A stretch of 57,118 nt of DNA from an uncultured bacterium (GTDB lineage: Bacteria > JAJVIF01 > JAPKYR01): positions 1-57,118 of the forward strand of contig CBDURU010000008.1 in the NCBI GenBank assembly GCA_965369865.1. Direction: 5' to 3'. The notes below the pieces were generated by a model, which saw only the letters and a list, made by a program, of their open reading frames with translations, did no database searches and had not been told where the DNA came from. This document shows positions 20,616-29,398 of the stretch, one piece after another. The translations under genes and the position numbers were made by a program. Within the stretch, counting starts at the first letter, position 1. Each line of letters begins with the position of its first letter.

Positions 20616-21524
20616 ATGAGATACACAGCAATAGCGATACTACTTACTCTGCTTATCCTGGTTACCGCATGCCATAAGGGCACAAGTGGAGCGATCAACG
20701 GACGTGTGATAGACGGGTTCGGAAATCCTCTCGGTGGACCCGGGGTAACGGTAACCCTGTCCGGTAAAGGTGCCGTTCATCATCCGGACCAGTGGGGTAA
20801 TTTTTATATTTATGCACCGGTGGGTGATTACGTATTAAGGATCGCGTTTTCAAATCCCGATGCCGGTCTTGATTTTACATTGGAAGATGAAATTCGGGTT
20901 GTCACAGGCGGCAGGAACCTTGGAACGTACACATTGCTGAATGTACAGAACTTCGATGCATGGGAATTTTACAGGCAGTGTGATTACTACTCCGCGATCG
21001 ATAAATTCAACGAACAGGCTGCTCTTGCGCATAGCGGGCAGTTAACCAATCTTCCATACATGCGATGGAATGAAGGTGAGCCGGACCAGAATACACTTCT
21101 CACACAGGGAGTGCTTTCCGCTAAAAATGGCCTTGGCTGGTGCTATGCGCGTGGCCTTGGGGATCCCCTGGAGGGCAAAGTAAATTTTTTAGATAGCCTT
21201 TCAGGAGGGTATAATAATTACGACGCGATGGTCGGGCTTGCCGGAATAGCCATTGGTGAAGGAATAGCCGAGGGTGATGCTGAAATAAGTGGTGTTCTGG
21301 ACTATTTGATACCGGTGATCGATGAACCAGGTTATTACAACTCCACTCAAATTCACGATGCGATCACGGAAGTCGACCTGATCGCGGTTAAAAGCCTGGC
21401 TGAATTTATGTTGATGAGAGATAATGACAGTCTGGAAACAAGAGATTCAATAAGGCTTTTAATAGCCACCCAGGGGAACCCGGGCACGAAGAACCTTATG
21501 GAGGTTCTTGACAATTTCCGGTGA
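20616..21524 (+). CDS. lipoprotein with carboxypeptidase-regulatory-like beta-sandwich and TPR-like helices
   Basis: Lipobox VTAC, GAINGRVID...PDQWGNF, AKNGLGWCY. Confidence 0.65.
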   Translation: MRYTAIAILLTLLILVTACHKGTSGAINGRVIDGFGNPLGGPGVTVTLSGKGAVHHPDQWGNFYIYAPVGDYVLRIAFSNPDAGLDFTLEDEIRVVTGGRNLGTYTLLNVQNFDAWEFYRQCDYYSAIDKFNEQAALAHSGQLTNLPYMRWNEGEPDQNTLLTQGVLSAKNGLGWCYARGLGDPLEGKVNFLDSLSGGYNNYDAMVGLAGIAIGEGIAEGDAEISGVLDYLIPVIDEPGYYNSTQIHDAITEVDLIAVKSLAEFMLMRDNDSLETRDSIRLLIATQGNPGTKNLMEVLDNFR

Positions 21525-21562
21525 TTAAATAAACTGGATTCAGAAATTTCAGGTAATCAAAT

Positions 21563-21586
21563 CCCCGGTACATTCCGGGGTTTTTT
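21563..21586 (+). terminator. intrinsic terminator
   Basis: CCCCGG/CCGGGG stem plus T6. Confidence 0.75.
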
Positions 21587-21852
21587 AAATCCTCAATATA
21601 TTTTCAAGCGACACTATACAGTAGCCCAGCCAAATTTTCGGTTACGCGAAAAACCTCTCATTCTGAGAGAAGCTTGCCTGCCTATTTAATTTGGAAATTT
21701 CCAGTGATAGTGGGGGGGATTTTTCTGTATCCCTGATTACAAGCGGGACTGCTGGTGATTCTCTGGGATTTGACCGGTTTGGCACATTCACTGCATTAAC
21801 CAGATTGGTAATTTCAGTAATTTTCAGCAAAAATCCAACCTGGAGGACTATC

Positions 21853-23922
21853 ATGAATATTAAACATTCCCCCCTACTCATCCTTATCACTTTATTTACA
21901 CTTCTCACAGCATTCGGGTGCGGCAGCCCCGACTCAAATCCTGCCACACCATCAACTAACGCTCCCGACATAGGGCTTATGGATCTTAATTCGGCTTCAA
22001 GTACCGATGGCACGGAAGTTATCGGCGTTTATGACCTTACTTTTGATCCTGAAACCGAGACCCTTGACCTGGTCGAAGCTCGCGGCGCCGATGCCCATTA
22101 CGACATCACTGCGTTCATAGCGCCATACACATCTGCAGCTTTGATAAGCTGGGACCCAACTACCGGGTTACTGGTATTTGATCTGTCAGTTAATAACCCA
22201 ACCGTGGTCGATGTTTACGACCTTCGCGGCCTGATGCTTTCACCCCCGGGCCTTGGCTACGAATTGATGAACGCAGATGATTACACAGCGCTTTTCAATC
22301 CTTACGCAACACCAGCTGTGCATCCATTCAAAGCTTTTGGCAAGACCGTACCGCTTCGTAAATTCGGTGGTGGCGATACTTTCACCGAGCAGTACTCAAT
22401 CCAGTTCCCCCTGCCTTTACCAACACCGCTGGAATGTAAATTACTGCTTGAAGTTTCACATCCCGGTAACTGCGAAGACCCGTTCGAAATTTCGAACCAG
22501 GTAGTCAGCAACCCGATTACATCAAGTATTTCAGCCACGATTACTATTGATACTTTCGATCATCAGAACAATGTTACCGCGGTTGCTGTAGACACATCGC
22601 TGTTCACAGGCGGTCTGACCTGGCTGACCCTGGTTGCAACCGACACATGGCAGGGCACAGTCATTAATTCAGCCGGTGCTCCTGCAGGAACCTATTCAGT
22701 TCTCATGGCGTCGCTCTCACTCGCCGGTGATCCAGCCCTCTTCGATTACATTGAGATTGAAGTTGGCACCGGTACGATTCCAACTGGTGTGTGGAGCGGA
22801 ACCGAGTATATCCTTACACATGGTAACTGCAAGCTCGACCTTGGTGTTATCGCCGATCCGGGCGGTCCCAGGGACAGCGAGATTCTCATGGCCAGTGATG
22901 GTGTCACAAACTGTGATGCCGTCATTAAGTACGATGCCAACTATGCCTCATGGAACTATTACGTAAGTACTGTCACCACCCTCGATCCTAATGTCGCTTC
23001 ATACGATGCACATCCTATCGAGCGAATCGATGCGGCAGACGATGGTGCTTTCAGCTTTACCAACAGCAACTGGTCGGACCTGTTTACAACTACTCCCAGT
23101 GGTCCAGTATACTACGCCCAGGTCTGGAATGTTCTTGATAACAATCCGAAGCTTCACACAGGTCCATATCCCGATGACAGCCGTTACTGGAATGATCTGA
23201 ACTTTGATTGCTACATCTATCCGATCGATGTCTGTGATGACTTCGCACTCGGTCAGCACGCACTTTTCACTTCAGGATACGATTTCACTCCCGAAGACCT
23301 GACATTCCTCGGTGTTATGCCTGATACCTACACCTACGACAAGGTCAGGTACTATGGCAACCTCGATCCGTGGGCAGGTATCGGTACCGGCCTTACGAAT
23401 TCAATGGACATTCGTGGAATCGACGTAATCGAAGGCGTGGAAGAGTCACCTACACATGCCGATGTTTACGATTCTGCAACTCTCTATGTGCTTGAGAACA
23501 ACATGGACATGTTCCAGGTCGAAGTGTACAGAATTCTGGACACTGTGAATGCTATGGCCTGGGACACCGTTTACTACGTGATGACTATCAATATCGATGA
23601 GTACGTAAACATAGACTTTAGTGTTGAAGGCAAGGATATCGAGATCCTTCCGATAAATCCTCACTACGAGCTCAACCCCAATGATCCTACACTCTGTGTA
23701 CTGGTTTCCTACTTCGACTGGAGCGGGAAAATCCAGGGCGAGGTGTTCCTGTACAATGCCGTCACCGGTGCTTTCCTCGAAACTATTGGGGATATAGCTA
23801 CAGGCTCCGCCCTTCCTCACCATATGGTGCAATTCCTTGACACCGATGACGGTGACTGGGAGATTCATGTAACGAGCATTAATGCTGCTGGTAACACTGT
23901 AGCGACTATATTCAGTTATTAA
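21853..23922 (+). CDS. large acidic lipoprotein (lineage-specific family)
   Basis: TGGAGG before ATG 21853, lipobox AFGC, N-terminal motifs shared with 14011-15204. Confidence 0.75.
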   Translation: MNIKHSPLLILITLFTLLTAFGCGSPDSNPATPSTNAPDIGLMDLNSASSTDGTEVIGVYDLTFDPETETLDLVEARGADAHYDITAFIAPYTSAALISWDPTTGLLVFDLSVNNPTVVDVYDLRGLMLSPPGLGYELMNADDYTALFNPYATPAVHPFKAFGKTVPLRKFGGGDTFTEQYSIQFPLPLPTPLECKLLLEVSHPGNCEDPFEISNQVVSNPITSSISATITIDTFDHQNNVTAVAVDTSLFTGGLTWLTLVATDTWQGTVINSAGAPAGTYSVLMASLSLAGDPALFDYIEIEVGTGTIPTGVWSGTEYILTHGNCKLDLGVIADPGGPRDSEILMASDGVTNCDAVIKYDANYASWNYYVSTVTTLDPNVASYDAHPIERIDAADDGAFSFTNSNWSDLFTTTPSGPVYYAQVWNVLDNNPKLHTGPYPDDSRYWNDLNFDCYIYPIDVCDDFALGQHALFTSGYDFTPEDLTFLGVMPDTYTYDKVRYYGNLDPWAGIGTGLTNSMDIRGIDVIEGVEESPTHADVYDSATLYVLENNMDMFQVEVYRILDTVNAMAWDTVYYVMTINIDEYVNIDFSVEGKDIEILPINPHYELNPNDPTLCVLVSYFDWSGKIQGEVFLYNAVTGAFLETIGDIATGSALPHHMVQFLDTDDGDWEIHVTSINAAGNTVATIFSY

Positions 23923-23948
23923 GAGCCAGGAGTTCTTTTAATAAACCT

Positions 23949-23980
23949 AAAGGCGCCGGCCCATAATGGCCGGTGTCTTT
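23949..23980 (+). terminator. intrinsic terminator
   Basis: AAAGGCGCCGGCC/GGCCGGTGTCTTT hairpin after the stop. Confidence 0.65.
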
Positions 23981-24022
23981 GATTTTTCACAGAGTTTGAC
24001 CGTAACAGAGCCACGACCGTAA

Positions 24023-24162
24023 GGGGCTGTTGATAAAGTTATTAAACTGAAAAATCACAAGGGATCAAAACTTCCGATACCGCTCTCCATGCGGACGGGC
24101 CGTCCGCGGTACTGCAGGCCGGCGTCCTGCGCTACGGGATTTAGTACTTTATCAACAGCCCC
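24023..24162. mobile_element. MITE (non-autonomous IS-derived element)
   Basis: Perfect 17-bp terminal inverted repeats GGGGCTGTTGATAAAGT flanked by GTAA direct repeats (alternative reading: 15-bp TIR with 8-bp CCGTAAGG duplication); no ORF. Confidence 0.8.
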
Positions 24163-24334
24163 GTAAGGGAGTGGACAAAGGTCAGGGAGTCGCACAGGTA
24201 ATTTCATCAGAATGTGTATAAGTATTATTCACTTGCTAAAATGCATGCTACTGCTAATGAACCATCTATGTGGTACATTTATCATAAGTGGATGAGAGAG
24301 TTTCTATTACCTCTAATATAGAGGAGGCTTCGAT

Positions 24335-25609
24335 ATGACATTAATGAAAACTACCCGGATGATGGTGACGGCTGCTGCTGTCGCAATTATGGTTTTAGTT
24401 CTTTCCCTGCCCGGAGTCCTCCGGGCCGAGGTATTGAACGATGACGAATTCGGATCGCTTGAGATTATCGATATTTCAGTCATCGAGGAACTCACTGGAG
24501 TTTATACACCGGTGGGTCTGGACTTCAATCTTACCAGGGGAAGCACATATTATCCGGGCGATGACCTGATGATCCGGTTTATGGGTCAGCATGAAATGTA
24601 TGTAACGATCATAGATTATTCACCCGACCGTACGGTTAAACCGCTCGTAGTAAATGAGCACACAACACTGACCGGCGGTGGTTTGCAGCGGGAAACATGG
24701 TGGACCATCGGCAGTTCCCTTGGTAAGGAATATATTTTGATGATCGTGTCAAGGCTCCCGTTGACCGATGCGAGGATTGAAACGATCGCGCTGGCGCCCA
24801 ATGAAGTCGAACTGGATGAAACGATTTTAAAAATGGCGGTTAATGATTTCAGGGTGGTTGCATCGGGTCGGGATCCGGGTGTGATCGTGGACATGTATTC
24901 AAATTCCGGCCATGGCAATATGAATCTCCTTTCAATTGAAGATTTAGGCGGCACGAGATTGTCTGGATGGGATGGCGTAACGCGTATTCCTTTGAGCGAC
25001 TTCGGGTACGTGATGAATTATCCGATGAATACGTATCCCTATAACCCATGGTCATACATGTACCTGTACCCGTACCCGAAGCTGGTTCCGACCGCTTACA
25101 TCGACAGGTACGGGTTTTTCTCAAACATATACTACGTGATCCCGTCAGGACCGGAAATCCGAACCAATTTGTTTGACTATGCGAATCTAGGCTGGCTCGA
25201 TGACGGAATCTGGATCATACCGCCGGGTGGAAGCTTTGAAGGGAAGTTCCAGGTCGGGGAATATTATGCCGATTACTACTTCAGGGTCCTCCCGCATTTG
25301 ATACAACAGAACACGTCGTATCAGAGGCTCCAGGTGGAAATCAACGGTTATCGACTTGAGCCGAACATAGATTTTTCAGGAGCTATCGGGTTCGGGGGAT
25401 ATTACACGTATGATCCGTTCGCGTATTACAACGCCTGGCCCTACCTGCGTCCTGGCCAGAATACCGTTCGGCTGTACTGGCCTGAGGATGAGGAGGAGAA
25501 TTTCGAAATCCAGATGATTGACATTATTCCGGTCGATGTAATAGAGAACGAATTCCAGGAGGCCAGATCGGATGAGGCTCTCGTGGATACAGATGAAACA
25601 GAAGAATAA
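24335..25609 (+). CDS. secreted DUF4384-like domain protein
   Basis: Signal peptide, YYPGDDLMIRF...MYVTIIDYSPD...GKEYILMIVS; GGAGG RBS. Confidence 0.7.
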   Translation: MTLMKTTRMMVTAAAVAIMVLVLSLPGVLRAEVLNDDEFGSLEIIDISVIEELTGVYTPVGLDFNLTRGSTYYPGDDLMIRFMGQHEMYVTIIDYSPDRTVKPLVVNEHTTLTGGGLQRETWWTIGSSLGKEYILMIVSRLPLTDARIETIALAPNEVELDETILKMAVNDFRVVASGRDPGVIVDMYSNSGHGNMNLLSIEDLGGTRLSGWDGVTRIPLSDFGYVMNYPMNTYPYNPWSYMYLYPYPKLVPTAYIDRYGFFSNIYYVIPSGPEIRTNLFDYANLGWLDDGIWIIPPGGSFEGKFQVGEYYADYYFRVLPHLIQQNTSYQRLQVEINGYRLEPNIDFSGAIGFGGYYTYDPFAYYNAWPYLRPGQNTVRLYWPEDEEENFEIQMIDIIPVDVIENEFQEARSDEALVDTDETEE

Positions 25610-25693
25610 GGGGGCAGGCTTGATTTACCTTAAATATTAGTGGTAGGCTCCTTACCTTTCATGGTTTAAATACTCTAGTTACAAGCACAACCT

Positions 25694-26101
25694 ATGCATG
25701 TTAACATAGAGAATTTCTGGAAGAAGTCCATTGAAAACCGCAAGGTATGTTTACTGGCAATGAGATACTGTCACTTTAACGCTGCTGCGAATAGATATTA
25801 TTATGCATTGTATTTAGCAATCCGTGCATTTTTTATGAAAAAGAATATCAAGGGGAAAAAGAGGAAAGATAAAGAACATGGTCTATATTATGAAGAGTGG
25901 AAACATGGTGATTTGATTAGGAGAGCAGGAATTCATCTGGATTCGACAATTGTTGATATTAAGAATATTTTAGACGATGCTAAGGAACAAAGAGAAATAG
26001 GAGATTATGAACAAAGGCCTGTAAGCGAAAATAGGCTTAAATCCGTCCGAAGACGAGCCAAAAAAGTTTTTAAGGTGATTCTCAATGCTATTAGGTCATA
26101 A
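25694..26101 (+). CDS. HEPN domain protein (putative toxin)
   Basis: AAANRYYYALY, WKHGDL, R-x4-Y motif REIGDY of MNT-associated HEPNs. Confidence 0.85.
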   Translation: MHVNIENFWKKSIENRKVCLLAMRYCHFNAAANRYYYALYLAIRAFFMKKNIKGKKRKDKEHGLYYEEWKHGDLIRRAGIHLDSTIVDIKNILDDAKEQREIGDYEQRPVSENRLKSVRRRAKKVFKVILNAIRS

Positions 26102-26609
26102 AACAAGATCCAAGTTAATTCAAGCAGTTAAGCAAATGATATACGCGGAATTTCCTAACTCGGTTGTAATCTGGCGTGGTACAGGTACACCAAGCGATGA
26201 TTACCAGGATGATACTGAAGTCTTTGAAGTATACATGATACCCGTAAAAGACTATGAAGAATTTGTCGATTTAAAATGGATGATACGACGGAAAATAAGC
26301 GAAAAAGCAGGAGTAAATATTTCAATACGCGATTTAACACCTGAGGAAACCAAAGAGTACCGATTGGAAGAATATAAAACTGGTTTAAAACAAAAGCACG
26401 TTTGGAGAACTGGTAGTCATAGAGTTGGTTTTACTATAAAACCACAGGATGAGGAATTTGGTGTCTCTGGTAGTGAGTCAAAACTTGCTGAATGTAAACA
26501 CACTGGTGATAGAATAGGTAAAGGATCTTATCAAAGATTTAAGGACTGGGTTCAACATTCATACCAATCAGCAAAAACTTCATTACCCGATTTACGGCAG
26601 GCCGCTTAA
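26085..26609 (+). CDS. degenerate minimal nucleotidyltransferase (MNT)-like antitoxin with C-terminal ChAD-like tail
   Basis: EFPNSVVIWRGT...DDYQDDTEVFEVYMI...GVNISIRDLTPEE follows the MNT pattern; about 70-aa extension ending LRQAA; overlaps the HEPN gene by 17 nt. Confidence 0.6.
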   Translation: MLLGHKTRSKLIQAVKQMIYAEFPNSVVIWRGTGTPSDDYQDDTEVFEVYMIPVKDYEEFVDLKWMIRRKISEKAGVNISIRDLTPEETKEYRLEEYKTGLKQKHVWRTGSHRVGFTIKPQDEEFGVSGSESKLAECKHTGDRIGKGSYQRFKDWVQHSYQSAKTSLPDLRQAA

Positions 26610-26624
26610 AAAAGGAAATCCACA

Positions 26625-27107
26625 ATGCATATTTTTATAGAAGGGATATACCTCAAGGGTTTACAATTCGAGGTCAATCCAAATTATCCTGAACTCGATT
26701 ACAATCTACATGTTGCATGTGAGTCACATTTCGAATCGGAGAATGAGTTAGTGCAGGTTTTTGATTTCGATATTATGCATGGTTTGAAAGAACCACCTTT
26801 TTTACTTAAATTTAGATTGAGTGCAAAGTTTGTAAGTGAAGGCGAAGGTGATCCATCGCTTGACGAATTCGCAAAGACCAATGGCCCTGCCAATGTAGTG
26901 CCATACGCTCGGGAATTGATTTCCAATATTACATCAAGGACTGATATCCCAACTCTTGTAATACCACCTGTTAATATTTTTAGATTAATTGAGGAAGGGC
27001 AACTGGAGCACACGGAGCAAACCATGAAGATTGAAGACTTTATTGATCCACCAGTTGAAGATGAGAACAAATCCGTGTTATCTGATGAGAGTGCAGAGGT
27101 AGAATGA
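26625..27107 (+). CDS. SecB-like chaperone
   Basis: IYLKGLQFE N-terminal strand and NGPANVVPYARELISNITSRTDIPTLVIPPVN SecB signature. Confidence 0.9.
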   Translation: MHIFIEGIYLKGLQFEVNPNYPELDYNLHVACESHFESENELVQVFDFDIMHGLKEPPFLLKFRLSAKFVSEGEGDPSLDEFAKTNGPANVVPYARELISNITSRTDIPTLVIPPVNIFRLIEEGQLEHTEQTMKIEDFIDPPVEDENKSVLSDESAEVE

Positions 27108-27115
27108 CATAAAAA

Positions 27116-28363
27116 TCACTCCGGAATTACAATCCATCCCGCCGCGCCTTCAATATAGCCTGCCGTGTCGCTGACATTTACGGCGTCGGAGCCATCGGGT
27201 CTCATTACCCAGATATCCTCATGTTCGAAAAGGGGATCCTGGCGATAGAAAAACATGTATGAATTATCCGGGCTGATATGTTTATTATTTTTAGGTGGCT
27301 GGCCGTACAGGTACGACTTTGCAGATGTGTCGGTGAGGTAGGTGAAATTCGAGCCATCGATCCCACAGACGGCGATCCTGCTTATCGGGGTTTCCTCGCC
27401 TTCGATATTCTCCTGTCGCCTGAGGAGGAGAGTAAGTTCATTTTCTGAATTTCGGAAGACCTGGTAGATGTAAGTCACCGTGTTAGGCTCCATCAGGCTT
27501 ATCGTCGTGCCGTTATCAAGGTTAATTGAGAGCACTTCACGTGACCTGACTCCAATTTCCCCAACCGGGATATCATCGGATGGTTTGATATCGCAAAATA
27601 GAAATGAACCGGAGTCGTCGAAATGCGCGGGACCGATTTTTGTTACATTCTCAAAATGGTGCAGAATTTCGGATGTGCCGGATTCGATATCAATCGAGAT
27701 ATAATCCAGCGTTCCGGGTGAGCTTAAAAGGCGCCTGGCCGCGACACATCCCGATCCGTCGGGCGACAGCGTTAAAGGGACATCCTCGACCGGATCGGTA
27801 TACAACCCGCTCGTCAGGCCGGTTTCAACATCGCATTTGAAAATATTGTATTCACCAGAATCCACCGCCCATCTTGAAAGAAACACTACCCACCGACCAT
27901 CGGGGGAGAATACCGGTCCTGTATGGACAGCCCTGGAGTAGAACCCGGAAACGGATACGTCTCGATAATACCCGGTCTTGATGTCGTAAAGAAATAGGTG
28001 GCGTTCCTTCTGACCATCCTCACCTTTCGTGTTGCCGACAAAAGCGATCGTTTCACCCGTTGGAGACGGGGTCATATGGAAGATATATTCAGGATATTCA
28101 AACAGGATTTCACGACGGGAACCATCCGGTTCGGCGATAAGAACCCGTGCGGTAAGGTCGGAAGTGAATGTTCCGGTCAGACGGTCATTGACTGTATATA
28201 AAAGATGGAGTCCCGGAATTTCATGGATCGGCTTCTGCTCTTCGATAACCGGTGCGGGTTCGTTCCGGCCGGGACCGGATGCGGTCTTGTTATCAGTGCA
28301 CGAAATATGAGTCAGGCATAACAAAATTGCAAACAAAAATAAGTATTTCAAGGGGATACTCAC
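27116..28363 (-). CDS. TolB-like (PD40) beta-propeller lipoprotein
   Basis: Lipobox-like HISC; repeated SPTG / FSPDGRWVVF / SPDG / SPDN units. Confidence 0.8.
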   Translation of the reverse strand: MSIPLKYLFLFAILLCLTHISCTDNKTASGPGRNEPAPVIEEQKPIHEIPGLHLLYTVNDRLTGTFTSDLTARVLIAEPDGSRREILFEYPEYIFHMTPSPTGETIAFVGNTKGEDGQKERHLFLYDIKTGYYRDVSVSGFYSRAVHTGPVFSPDGRWVVFLSRWAVDSGEYNIFKCDVETGLTSGLYTDPVEDVPLTLSPDGSGCVAARRLLSSPGTLDYISIDIESGTSEILHHFENVTKIGPAHFDDSGSFLFCDIKPSDDIPVGEIGVRSREVLSINLDNGTTISLMEPNTVTYIYQVFRNSENELTLLLRRQENIEGEETPISRIAVCGIDGSNFTYLTDTSAKSYLYGQPPKNNKHISPDNSYMFFYRQDPLFEHEDIWVMRPDGSDAVNVSDTAGYIEGAAGWIVIPE

Positions 28364-28486
28364 ACGGCAATTGTAGCATGGAAATCCACGGTTAAATGCT
28401 GGATTTTAATTGACTATTAGTAATCAAAATCAGGGAGTCATGTGATATCATTAACGGGCATTTCAATTGAGAGGACGAACGTTCGC

Positions 28487-29302
28487 ATGAAACGGATCGA
28501 GATCTTCCTGTATGTGATCAAGGGCTCAAAGGACCCAGACAGAATTGACGGAGTTGTCCCATACCCTGCCAGTGACACGCAGATTTTTTTCGGTCCCGAT
28601 CAGACACCGTTCCGCAGGGCGATGAGAGAAAGGTTCCTGACGCACAGGGATGAGATATATCCGCAGATCGATATTTATATTATCGGAGTCAATGATCTTG
28701 CCAAGGGTGGAAGTATCAGGAAAATCCTGTGGGTAGGACGGATTAACCGCATCATGACATTTGAGGTTGCCAGCGAGCTTCTCAACGAGCCCGAATATGA
28801 GTCGCTTATCGATGTGAAGTTAAAAAAATATCCCGGCAAAAATATGTCTCCAATTCACGTTGAACCGGTAATAATGATGGGTAAAACGATTGGGTACAAG
28901 CACCGTTCAGACTATCGTGGCAAGGTTGGGAAGGATGGTTTCCCGGAATGGGCGAAAGATGTGGTGGAGCCGCGATTCAAGGGAGATGTTTCGTTAACGG
29001 GCGATGAATTTTACATTGAGGATGCATCGAATAAGACCAACATACTGAAACGCGATTGCTGTTTTTTGTGTGACAGGATTTTTTTCGCTGATGGGGAAGG
29101 TTTGGAATTGTCTGGGGAATTCACCGAAATGCTGGCTGAATGGCAGCCCGGCCAGAATGTGGATAATCCCGGGATTTTTGGCTACAGCCAGGGTCGCGAC
29201 GGCAATCCGGTCATGAACAAGCCAAAGAGCCTGCCTATGCATATCCGATGGCAGATGGCGGAACGAATGATGGAAGAAATTCTCAACCGTTGTGAGGGGT
29301 AG
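28487..29302 (+). CDS. hypothetical protein, Nmad2 (nucleotide-modification-associated domain 2)-like
   Basis: FLYVI...PY...IFFGP....RR...YIIG...RKILWVGRINRIMTFE pattern; GAGG before ATG 28487. Confidence 0.5.
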   Translation: MKRIEIFLYVIKGSKDPDRIDGVVPYPASDTQIFFGPDQTPFRRAMRERFLTHRDEIYPQIDIYIIGVNDLAKGGSIRKILWVGRINRIMTFEVASELLNEPEYESLIDVKLKKYPGKNMSPIHVEPVIMMGKTIGYKHRSDYRGKVGKDGFPEWAKDVVEPRFKGDVSLTGDEFYIEDASNKTNILKRDCCFLCDRIFFADGEGLELSGEFTEMLAEWQPGQNVDNPGIFGYSQGRDGNPVMNKPKSLPMHIRWQMAERMMEEILNRCEG

Positions 29303-29370
29303 CGGGTGAACCTTAATTACTGACGTAATATCGCCGACCGATCTCGCGGTTGTTGGAAAAGTCGTTTTGT

Positions 29371-29398
29371 GTGGGACAGACTTTCTAGTCTGTCACCC
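29371..29398. repeat. REP-like palindrome overlapping the nagD-like stop
   Basis: GTGG-GACAGAC-TTTCTA-GTCTGTC. Confidence 0.65.

Noticed and set aside
21691..21852. Long N-terminal extensions in the ORF track (also 10033, 10867, 30149, 34521, 37015, 49341)
   Set aside because: Downstream starts have better RBS, signal peptides or family-typical N-termini.
26625..27107. Housekeeping secB
   Set aside because: It lies in an AT-rich cassette behind HEPN and MNT-like genes rather than in a housekeeping context, so the symbol is withheld; not fully excluded without a phylogeny.
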